NCBI RefSeq assembly: GCF_009914755.1 | Contig: NC_060947.1 | Source: the human T2T-CHM13v2.0 reference genome, Homo sapiens | Direction: 5' to 3' (one strand) | DNA: 64,000 nt | In this document: positions 26,536 through 38,500 of the stretch, piece after piece | Layout of the letters: every line of letters starts with the position of its first letter | Numbering within the stretch: position 1 is the stretch's first letter | Position numbers and translations under genes: made by a program | The notes under the pieces: generated by a model | The model's input: the letters and a program-made list of their open reading frames with translations, nothing else | Told to the model about the DNA's origin: nothing | Database searches by the model: none

Positions 26536-29500
26536 TCATCACAAAGAATATTCTGAGAATGCTTCCGTTTGCCTTTTATATGAAGTTCCTTCCTATACGA
26601 CCGTAGGCCTCAAAGCAGTCCAAATCTCCATTTGCAGATTCTACAAAAAGAGTGATTCCAATCTGCTCTATCAATAGGATTGTTCAACTCCATGAGTTGA
26701 ATGCCATCCTCACAAAGTCGTTTCTGAGAATGCTTCTATCTAGTTTTTATGTGAAGATATTTCCTTTTCCACCACAGGCCTCAAAGCCCTCCAAACGTCC
26801 ACTTGCAGATTCTCGAAAAAGAGTGTTTCATAGCTGCTCTTTCAAAAGGAAAGTTCAACTCTGGGAGTTGAATACAGACATCACAAAGTAGTTTCCGAGA
26901 ATGCTTCTGTTTAGTTTTTATGTGAAGATGATCCCGTTTCCAGTGAAATCTTCAAAGAGGTCCACATATCCCCTTGCAGATTCCAAAGAAAGAGGGTTTC
27001 AAAACTGCTCCATCAAAAGGATTGTTCAACTCTGTGAGTTGAATGCAGTCATCGCAGAAAACTTTCTGAGAATGCTTCTGTCTAGGTTTGATGTGAAGAT
27101 ATAGACGTTTCAAACGAAGGCTACAAAGTGGTCAAAATATACACTTGCAGATTGTACTACAAGGGTGTTGCAAACCTGAACTATCAAAGGAAGGTTCAAC
27201 TCTGTGGGTTGAATACAAACATCGCAAAGAATGTTCTGAGTTTGCTTCCGTTCAGTTATGGGAAGTTGATCCCGTTCCCAATGAAATCCTCAGAGAGGTC
27301 CAAATATCCCCTTGCAGATTCTACAAAACGTGTGTTTGGAAACTGCTCCATCATAACGAATGTTCAGCTCTCTGAGTTAAACTCCATCGTCACAAAGAAT
27401 TTTCTGAGAGTGCTACCGTCTAGGTTTTATATGAAGTTCTTTCCTTTACTACCACAGGCCTCAAAGCGGTCCAAATCTCCACTTGCAGATCCTACAAAAA
27501 GAGTGTCTGCAAACTGCTCTATCAAAAGGAATGTTCAACTCTGGGAGTTGAATGCAATCATCACAGAGCAGTTTCTGAGAATGCTTCTATGTCGTTTTTA
27601 GGAGAAGATATTTCCTTTTCCAACACAGTCCTCCAAGCCCGCTAAATATCCACTTGCACATTGTAGAAAAAGTGTGTCGAACCTGCGCTATCAAAGGGAA
27701 AGTTCAACTCTGTGAGGTGAATGCAAACATCCCAAAGAAGTTTCTGAGAATGCTTCCGTTTAGCTTTTAGGTGAAGATTATCCCGTTTCCAACGAAAGCT
27801 TCAAAGAGGTCCAAATATCCCCTTGCGGATCCCACAGAAAGAGTGTTTCGAAACTGCTGTTTCAAAAGGAATCTTCAACTCTGTGAGTTGAATGCAATCA
27901 TCACAAAGAAGTTTCTGACAATGCTTCTCTCTCGTCTTTCTGTGAAGATAAAGGAAAAGGCTTTCAGGCCTTTTCCACCACAGGCCTGAAAGCGCTCCAA
28001 ATGTCCACTTGCAGATTCTGCCAAAAGAATATTTCAAAACTGCTCTATGAAAAGCAATGTTAAACTCTGCGGCTCGAACACAAACATCACAAAGCAGTTT
28101 CTGAGAATGCTTCAGTTTAGTTTTTCTGTGGAAATATTCCCGTTTCCAAAGAAATCTTCAAAGAGGTCCACGTATCCACTTACAGATTCTACAAAAAGAC
28201 AGTTTCAAAACTGCTCAATCAAAAGGAGGGTTCAACTGTGTGACTTGAATGCAATCATCACTCAGAAGTTTCTGAGAATGCTTCTCTTTAGTTTTTACGT
28301 GAACATATACCCGTTTCGAACGAAGGCCACCCAGTGGTCCAAATATCCACTTGCAGATTCTACAGAAAGAGTGTTTCGAACCTGAACTCTCAAAGGCAGG
28401 TTCATCTCTGCGAGTTAAATGCATTCATCATGAAGAACTTTCTCAGCGTGTTTGTGTTTAGTTATGGGAAATTATTCCCGTTCCCAACGAAATCCTCAGA
28501 GAGGTCCAAATGTCCACCTGCAGATTCTACCAAAAGTGTATTTGGAAACTGCTCCATCAACAGGCATGTTCAGCTCTGTGAGTGAAACTCCATCATCACA
28601 AAGAATATTCTGAGAATGCTTCCGTTTGCCTTTTATATGAAGTTCCTTCCTATACGACCGTAGGCCTCAAAGCAGTCCAAATCTCCATTTGCAGATTCTA
28701 CAAAAAGAGTGATTCCAATCTGCTCTATCAATAGGATTGTTCAACTCCATGAGTTGAATGCCATCCTCACAAAGTCGTTTCTGAGAATGCTTCTATCTAG
28801 TTTTTATGTGAAGATATTTCCTTTTCCACCACAGGCCTCAAAGCCCTCCAAACGTCCACTTGCAGATTCTCGAAAAAGAGTGTTTCATAGCTGCTCTTTC
28901 AAAAGGAAAGTTCAACTCTGGGAGTTGAATACAAACATCACAAAGTAGTTTCCGAGAATGCTTCTGTTTAGTTCTTATGTGAAGATGATCCCGTTTCCAG
29001 TGAAATCTTCAAAGAGGTCCACATATCCCCTTGCAGATTCCAAAGAAAGAGGGTTTCAAACCTGCTCCATCAAAAGGATTGTTCAACTCTGTGAGTTGAA
29101 TGCAGTCATCACAGAAAACTTTCTGAGAATGCTTCTGTCTAGGTTTGATGTGAAGATATAGACGTTTCAAACGAAGGATAAAAAGTGGTCAAAATATTCA
29201 CTTGCAGATTCTACTACAAGGGTGTTGCAAACCTGAACTATCAAAGGAAGGTTCAACTCTGTGAGTTGAATACAAACATCACAAAGAATGTTCTGAGTTT
29301 GCTTCCATTCAGTTATGGGAAGTTGATCCCGTTCCCAACGAAATCCTCAGAGAGGTCCAAATATCCCCTTGCAGATTCTACAAAACGTGTGTTTGGAAAC
29401 TGCTCCATCATAAGGAATGTTCAGCTCTCTGAGTTAAACTCCATCGTCACAAAGAATTTTCTGAGAGTGCTACCGTCTAGTTTTTATATGAAGTTCTTTC

Positions 29501-32500
29501 CTTTACTACCACAGGCCTCAAAGCGGTCCAAATCTCCACTTGCAGATTCTACAAAAAGAGTGTCTGCAAACTGCTCTATCAAAAGGAATGTTCAACTCTG
29601 GGAGTTGAATGCAATCATCACAGAGCAGTTTCTGAGAATGCTTCTATGTCGTTTTTAGGAGAAGATATTTCCTTTTCCAACACAGTCCTCCAAGCCCGCT
29701 AAATAGCCACTTGCACATTGTAGAAAAAGTGTGTCGAAGCTGCGCTATCAAAGGGAAAGTTCAACTCTGTGAGGTGAATGCAAACATCCCAAAGAAGTTT
29801 CTGAGAATGCTTCCGTTTAGCTTTTACCTGAAGATTATCCCGTTTCCAACGAAAGCTTCAAAGAGGTCCAAATATCCGCTTGCGGATCCCACAGAAAGAG
29901 TGTTTCGAAACTGCTGTTTCAAAAGGAATCTTCAACTCTGTGAGTTGAATGCAATCATCACAAAGAAGTTTCTGACAATGCTTCTCTCTCGTCTTTCTGT
30001 GAAGATAAAGGAAAAGGCTTTCAGGCCTTTTCCACCACAGGCCTGAAAGCGCTCCAAATGTCCACTTGCAGATTCTGCCAGAAGAATATTTCAAAACTGC
30101 TCTATGAAAAGCAATGTTAAACTCTGCGGCTTGAACACAAACATCACAAAGCAGTTTCTGAGAATGCTTCAGTTTAGTTTTTCTGTGGAAATATTCCCGT
30201 TTCCAAAGAAATCTTCAAAGAGGTCCACGTATCCACTTACAGATTCTACAAAAAGACAGTTTCAAAACTGCTCAATCAAAAGGAGGGTTCAACTGTGTGA
30301 CTTGAATGCAATCATCACTCAGAACTTTCTGAGAATGCTTCTCTTTAGTTTTTACGTGAACATATACCCGTTTCGAACGAAGGCCACCCAGTGGTCCAAA
30401 TATCCACTTGCAGATTCTACAGAAAGAGTGTTTCGAACCTGAACTCTCAAAGGCAGGATCATCTCTGCGAGTTAAATGCATTCGTCATGAAGAACTTTCT
30501 CAGCGTGTTTGTGTTTAGTTATGGGAAATTATTCCCGTTCCCAACGAAATCCTCAGAGAGGTCCAAATGTCCACCTGCAGATTCTACCAAAAGTGTATTT
30601 GGAAACTGCTCCATCAACAGGCATGTTCAGCTCTGTGAGTGAAACTCCATCATCACAAAGAACATTCTGAGAATGCTTCCGTTTGCCTTTTATATGAAGT
30701 TCCTTCCTATACGACCGTAGGCCTCAAAGCAGTCCAAATCTCCATTTGCAGATTCTACAAAAAGAGTGATTCCAATCTGCTCTATCAATAGGATTGTTCA
30801 ACTCCATGAGTTGAATGCCATCCTCACAAAGTCGTTTCTGAGAATGCTTCTATCTAGTTTTTATGTGAAGATATTTCCTTTTCCACCACAGGCCTCAAAG
30901 CCCTCCAAACGTCCACTTGCACATTCTCGAAAAAGACTGTTTCATAGCTGGTCTTTCAAAAGGAAAGTTCAACTCTGGGAGTTGAATACAAACATCACAA
31001 AGTAGTTTCCGAGAATGCTTCTGTTTAGTTCTTATGTGAAGATGATCCCGTTTCCAGTGAAATCTTCAAAGAGGTCCACATATCCCCTTGCAGATTCCAA
31101 AGAAAGAGGGTTTCAAAACTGCTCCATCAAAAGGATTGTTCAACTCTGTGAGTTGAATGCAGTCATCGCAGAAAACTTTCTGAGAATGCTTCTGTCTAGG
31201 TTTGATGTGAAGATATAGACGTTTCAAACGAAGGCTACAAAGTGGTCAAAATATACACTTGCAGATTCTACTACAAGGGTGTTGCAAACCTGAACTATCA
31301 AAGGAAGGTTCAACTCTGTGGGTTGAATACAAACATCACAAAGAATGCTCTGAGTTTGCTTCCGTTCAGTTATGGGAAGTTGATCCCCTTCCCAACGAAA
31401 TCCTCAGAGAGGTCCAAATATCCCCTTGCAGATTCTACAAAACGTGTGTTTGGAAACTGCTCCATCATAACGAATGTTCAGCTCTCTGAGTTAAACTCCA
31501 TCGTCACAAAGAATTTTCTGAGAGTGCTACCGTCTAGTTTTTATATGAAGTTCTTTCCTTTACTACCACAGGCCTCAAAGCGGTCCAAATCTCCACTTGC
31601 AGATTCTACAAAAAGAGTGTCTGCAAACTGCTCTATCAAAAGGAATGTTCAACTCTGGGAGTTGAATGCAATCATCACAGAGCAGTTTCTGAGAAGGCTT
31701 CTATGTCGTTTTTAGGAGAAGATATTTCCTTTTCCAACACAGTCCTCCAAGCCCGCTAAATATCCACTTGCACATTGTAGAAAAAGTGTGTCGAAGCTGC
31801 GCTATCAAAGGGAAAGTTCAACTCTGTGAGGTGAATGCAAACATCTCAAAGAAGTTTCTGAGAATGCTTCCGTTTAGCTTTTAGGTGAAGATTATCCCGT
31901 TTCCAACGAAAGCTTCAAAGAGGTCCAAATATCCCCTTGCGGATCCCACAGAAAGAGTGTTTCGAAACTGCTGTTTCAAAAGGAATCTTCAACTCTGTGA
32001 GTTGAATGCAATCATCACAAAGAAGTTTCTGACAATGCTTCTCTCTCGTCTTTCTGTGAAGATAAAGGAAAAGGCTTTCAGGCCTTTTCCACCACAGGCC
32101 TGAAAGCGCTCCAAATGTCCACTTGCAGATTCTGCCAAAAGAATATTTCAAAACTGCTCTATGAAAAGCAATGTTAAACTCTGCGGCTCGAACACAAACA
32201 TCACAAAGCAGTTTCTGAGAATGCTTCAGTTTAGTTTTTCTGTGGAAATATTCCCGTTTCCAAAGAAATCTTCAAAGAGGTCCACGTATCCACTTACAGA
32301 TTCTACAAAAAGACAGTTTCAAAACTGCTCAATCAAAAGGAGGGTTCAACTGTGTGACTTGAATGCAATCATCACTCAGAACTTTCTGAGAATGCTTCTC
32401 TTTAGTTTTTACGTGAACATATACCCGTTTCGAACGAAGGCCACCCAGTGGTCCAAATATCCACTTGCAGATTCTACAGAAAGAGTGTTTCGAACCTGAA

Positions 32501-35500
32501 CTCTCAAAGGCAGGTTCATCTCTGCGAGTTAAATGCATTCGTCATGAAGAACTTTCTCAGCGTGTTTGTGTTTAGTTATGGGAAATTATTCCCGTTCCCA
32601 ACGAAATCCTCAGAGAGGTCCAAATGTCCACCTGCAGATTCTACCAAAAGTGTATTTGGAAACTGCTCCATCAACAGGCATGTTCAGCTCTGTGAGTGAA
32701 ACTCCATCATCAAAAAGAATATTCTGAGAATGCTTCCGTTTGCCTTTTATATGAAGTTCCTTCCTATACGACCGTAGGCCTCAAAGCAGTCCAAATCTCC
32801 ATTTGCAGATTCTACAAAAAGAGTGATTCCAATCTGCTCTATCAATAGGATTGTTCAACTCCATGAGTTGAATGCCATCCTCACAAAGTCGTTTCTGAGA
32901 ATGCTTCTATCTAGTTTTTATGTGAAGATATTTCCTTTTCCACCACAGGCCTCAAAGCCCTCCAAACGTCCACTTGCAGATTCTCGAAAAAGAGTGTTTC
33001 ATAGCTGCTCTTTCAAAAGGAAAGTTCAACTCTGGGAGTTGAATACAAACATCACAAAGTAGTTTCCGAGAATGCTTCTGTTTAGTTCTTATGTGAAGAT
33101 GATCCCGTTTCCAGTGAAATCTTCAAAGAGGTCCACATATCCCCTTGCAGATTCCAAAGAAAGAGGGTTTCAAAACTGCTCCATCAAAAGGATTGTTCAA
33201 CTCTGTGAGTTGAATGCAGTCATCGCAGAAAACTTTCTGAGAATGCTTCTGTCTAGGTTTGATGTGAAGATATAGACGTTTCAAACGAAGGCTACAAAGT
33301 GGTCAAAATATACACTTGCAGATTGTACTACAAGGGTGTTGCAAACCTGAACTATCAAAGGAAGGTTCAACACTGTGGGTTGAATACAAACATCGCAAAG
33401 AATGTTCTGAGTTTGCTTCCGTTCAGTTATGGGAAGTTGATCCCGTTTACAACGAAATCCTCAGAGAGGTCCAAATATCCCCTTGCAGATTCTACAAAAC
33501 GTGTGTTTGGAAACTGCTCCATCATAACGAATGTTCAGCTCCCTGAGTTAAACTCCATCGTCACAAAGAATTTTCTGAGAGTGCTACCGTCTAGTTTTTA
33601 TATGAAGTTCTTTCCTTTACTACCACGGGCCTCAAAGCGGTCCAAATCTCCACGTGCAGATTCTACAAAAAGAGTGTCTGCAAACTGCTCTATCAAAAGG
33701 AATGTTCAACTCTGGGAATTGAATGCAATCATCACAGAGCAGTTTCTGAGAATGCTTCTATGTCGTTTTTAGGAGAAGATATTTCCTTTTCCAACACAGT
33801 CCTCCAAGCCCGCTAAATAGCCACTTGCACATTGTAGAAAAAGTGTGTCAAAGCTGCGCTACCAAAGGGAAAGTTCAACTCTGTGAGGTGAATGCAAACA
33901 TCCCAAAGAAGTTTCTGAGAATGCTTCCGTTTAGCTTTTAGGTGAAGATTATCCCGTTTCCAACGAAACCTTCAAAGAGGTCCAAATATCCCCTTGCGGA
34001 TCCCACAGAAAGAGTGTTTCGAAACTGCTGTTTCAAAAGGAATCTTCAACTCTGTGAGTTGAATGCAATCATCACAAAGAAGTTTCTGACAATGCTTCTC
34101 TCTCGTCTTTCTGTGAAGATAAAGGAAAAGGCTTTCAGGCCTTTGCCACCACAGGCCTGAAAGCGCTCCAAATGTCCACTTGCAGATTCTGCCAAAAGAA
34201 TATTTCAAAACTGCTCTATGAAAAGCAATGTTAAACTCTGTGGCTCGAACACAAACATCACAAAGCGGTCTCTGAGAATGCTTCAGTTTAGTTTTTCTGT
34301 GGAAATATTCCCGTTTCCAAAGAAATCTTCAAAGAGGTCCACGTATCCACTTACAGATTCTACAAAAAGACAGTTTCAAAACTGCTCAATCAAAAGGAGG
34401 GTTCAACTGTGTGACTTGAATGCAATCATCACTCAGAAGTATCTGAGAATGCTTCTCTTTAGTTTTTACGTGAACATATACCCGTTTCGAACGAAGGCCA
34501 CCCAGTGGTCCAAATATCCACTTGCAGATTCTACAGAAATAGTGTTTCGAACCTGAACTCTCAAAGGCAGGTTCATCTCTGCGAGTTAAATGCATTCGTC
34601 ATGAAGAACTTTCTCAGAGTGTTTGTGTTTAGTTATGGGAAATTATTCCCGTTTCCAACGAAATCCTCAGAGAGCTCCAAATATCCACCTGCAGATTCTA
34701 CCAAAAGTGTATTTGGAAACTGCTCCAACAAAAGGCATGTTCAGCTCTGTGAGTGAAACTCCATCATCACAAAGAATATTCTGAGAATGCTTCCGTTTGC
34801 CTTTTATATGAAGTTCCTTCCTATACGACCGTAGGCCTCAAAGCAGTCCAAATCTCCATTTGCAGATTCTACAAAAAGAGTGATTCCAATCTGCTCTATC
34901 AATAGGATTGTTCAACGCCATGAGTTGAATGCCATCCTCACAAAGTCGTTTCTGAGAATGCTTCTATCTAGTTTTTATGTGAAGATATTTCCTTTTCCAC
35001 CACAGGCCTCAAAGCCCTCCAAACGTCCACTTGCAGATTCTCGAAAAAGAGTGTTTCATAGCTGCTCTTTCAAAAGGAAAGTTCAACTCTGGGAGTTGAA
35101 TACAAACATCACAAAGTAGTTTCTGTGAATGCTTCTGTTTAGTTCTTATGTGAAGATGATCCCGTTTCCAGTGAAATCTTCAAAGAGGTCCACATATCCC
35201 CTTGCAGATTCCAAAGAAAGAGGGTTTCAAAACTGCTCCATCAAAAGGATTGTTCAACTCTGTGAGTTGAATGCAGTCATCGCAGAAAACTTTCTGAGAA
35301 TGCTTCTGTCTAGGTTTGATGTGAAGATATAGACGTTTCAAACGAAGGCTACAAAATGGTGAAAATATACACTTGCAGATTCTACTACAAGGGTGTTGCA
35401 AACCTGAACTATCAAAGGAAGGTTCAACTCTGTGTGTTGAATACAAACATCGCAAAGAACGTTCTGAGTTTGCTTCCGTTCAGTTATGGGAAGTTGATCC

Positions 35501-38500
35501 CCTTCCGAACGAAATCCTCAGAGAGGTCCAAATATCCCCTTGCAGATTCTACAAAACGTGTGTTTGGAAACTGCTCCATCATAACGAATGTTCAGCTCTC
35601 TGAGTTAAACTCCATCGTCACAAAGAATTTTCTGAGAGTGCTACCGTCTAGTTTTTATATGAAGTTCTTTCCTTTACTACCACAGGCCTCAAAGCGGTCC
35701 AAATCTCCACTTGCAGATTCTACAAAAAGAGTGTCTGCAAACTGCTCTATCCAAAGGAATGTTCAACTCTGGGAGTTGAATGCAATCATCACAGAGCAGT
35801 TTCTGAGAAGGCTTCTATGTCGTTTTTAGGAGAAGATATTTCCTTTTCCAACACAGTCCTCCAAGCCCGCTAAATAGCCACTTGCACATTGTAGAAAAAG
35901 TGTGTCGAAGCTGCGCTATCAAAGGGAAAGTTCAACTCTGTGAGGTGAATGCAAACATCCCAAAGAAGTTTCTGAGAATGCTTCCGTTTAGCTTTTAGGT
36001 GAAGATTATCCCGTTTCCAACGAAAGCTTCAAAGAGGTCCAAATATCCCCTTGCGGATCCCACAGAAAGAGTGTTTCGAAACTGCTGTTTCAAAAGGAAT
36101 CTTCAACTCTGTGAGTTGAATGCAATCATCACAAAGAAGTTTCTGACAATGCTTCTCTCTCGTCTTTCTGTGAAGATAAAGGAAAAGGCTTTCAGGCCTT
36201 TTCCACCACAGGCCTGAAAGCGCTCCAAATGTCCACTTGCAGATTCTGCCAAAAGAATATTTCAAAACTGCTCTATGAAAAGCAATGTTAAACTCTGCAG
36301 CTCGAACACAAACATCACAAAGCAGTTTCTGAGAATGCTTCAGTTTAGTTTTTCTGTGGAAATATTCCCGTTTCCAAAGAAATCTTCAAAGAGGTCCACG
36401 TATCCACTTACAGATTCTACAAAAAGACAGTTTCAAAACTGCTCAATCAAAAGGAGGGTTCAACTGTGTGACTTGAATGCAATCATCACTCAGAACTTTC
36501 TGAGAATGCTTCTCTTTAGTTTTTACGTGAACATATACCCGTTTCGAACGAAGGCCACCCAGTGGTCCAAATATCCACTTGCAGATTCTACAGAAAGAGT
36601 GTTTCGAACCTGAACTCTCAAAGGCAGGTTCATCTCTGCGAGTTAAATGCATTCGTCATGAAGAACTTTCTCAGAGTGTTTGTGTTTAGTTATGGGAAAT
36701 TATTCCCGTTCCCAACGAAATCCTCAGAGAGGTCCAAATGTCCACCTGCAGATTCTACCAAAAGTGTATTTGGAAACTGCTCCATCAACAGGCATGTTCA
36801 GCTCTGTGAGTGAAACTCCATCATCAAAAAGAATATTCTGAGAATGCTTCCGTTTGCCTTTTATATGAAGTTCCTTCCTATACGACCGTAGGCCTCAAAG
36901 CAGTCCAAATCTCCATTTGCAGATTCTACAAAAAGAGTGATTCCAATCTGCTCTATCAATAGGATTGTTCAACTCCATGAGTTGAATGCCATCCTCACAA
37001 AGTCGTTTCTGAGAATGCTTCTATCTAGTTTTTATGTGAAGATATTTCCTTTTCCACCACAGGCCTCAAAGCCCTCCAAACGTCCACTTGCAGATTCTCG
37101 AAAAAGAGTGTTTCATAGCTGCTCTTTCAAAAGGAAAGTTCAACTCTGGGAGTTGAATACAAACATCACAAAGTAGTTTCCGAGAATGCTTCTGATTAGT
37201 TCTTATGTGAAGATGATCCCGTTTCCAGTGAAATCTTCAAAGAGGTCCACATATCCCCTTGCAGATTCCAAAGAAAGAGGGTTTCAAAACTGCTCCATCA
37301 AAAGGATTGTTCAACTCTGTGAGTTGAATGCAGTCATCGCAGAAAACTTTCTGAGAATGCTTCTGTCTAGGTTTGATGTGAAGATATAGACGTTTCAAAC
37401 GAAGGCTACAAAGTGGTCAAAATATACACTTGCAGATTGTACTACAAGGGTGTTGCAAACCTGAACTATCAAAGGAAGGTTCAACTCTGTGGGTTGAATA
37501 CAAACATCGCAAAGAATGTTCTGAGTTTGCTTCCGTTCAGTTATGGGAAGTTGATCCCGTTTACAACGAAATCCTCAGAGAGGTCCAAATATCCCCTTGC
37601 AGATTCTACAAAACGTGTGTTTGGAAACTGCTCCATCATAACGAATGTTCAGCTCCCTGAGTTAAACTCCATCGTCACAAAGAATTTTCTGAGAGTGCTA
37701 CCGTCTAGTTTTTATATTAAGTTCTTTCCTTTACTACCACAGGCCTCAAAGCGGTCCAAATCTCCACGTGCAGATTCTACAAAAAGAGTGTCTGCAAACT
37801 GCTCTATCAAAAGGAATGTTCAACTCTGGGAATTGAATGCAATCATCACAGAGCAGTTTCTGAGAATGCTTCTATGTCGTTTTTAGGAGAAGATATTTCC
37901 TTTTCCAACACAGTCCTCCAAGCCCGCTAAATAGCCACTTGCACATTGTAGAAAAAGTGTGTCGTAGCTGCGCTATCAAAGGGAAAGTTCAACTCTGTGA
38001 GGTGAATGCAAACATCCCAAAGAAGTTTCTGAGAATGCTTCCGTTTAGCTTTTAGGTGAAGATTATCCCGTTTCCAACGAAACCTTCAAAGAGGTCCAAA
38101 TATCCCCTTGCGGATCCCACAGAAAGAGTGTTTCGAAACTGCTGTTTCAAAAGGAATCTTCAACTCTGTGAGTTGAATGCAATCATCACAAAGAAGTTTC
38201 TGACAATGCTTCTCTCTCGTCTTTCTGTGAAGATAAAGGAAAAGGCTTTCAGGTCTTTTCCACCACAGGCCTGAAAGCGCTCCAAATGTCCACTTGCAGA
38301 TTCTGCCAAAAGAATATTTCAAAACTGCTCTATGAAAAGCAATGTTAAACTCTGCGGCTCGAACACAAACATCACAAAGCGGTCTCTGAGAATGCTTCAG
38401 TTTAGTTTTTCTGTGGAAATATTCCCGTTTCCAAAGAAATCTTCAAAGAGGTCCACGTATCCACTTACAGATTCTACAAAAAGACAGTTTCAAAACTGCT

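Noticed and set aside
29711-30046. Longer 111-aa ORF unique to U15, U30 and U31
   Set aside because: It is a by-product of the GG>CC change removing a TAG; there is no evidence of coding function.
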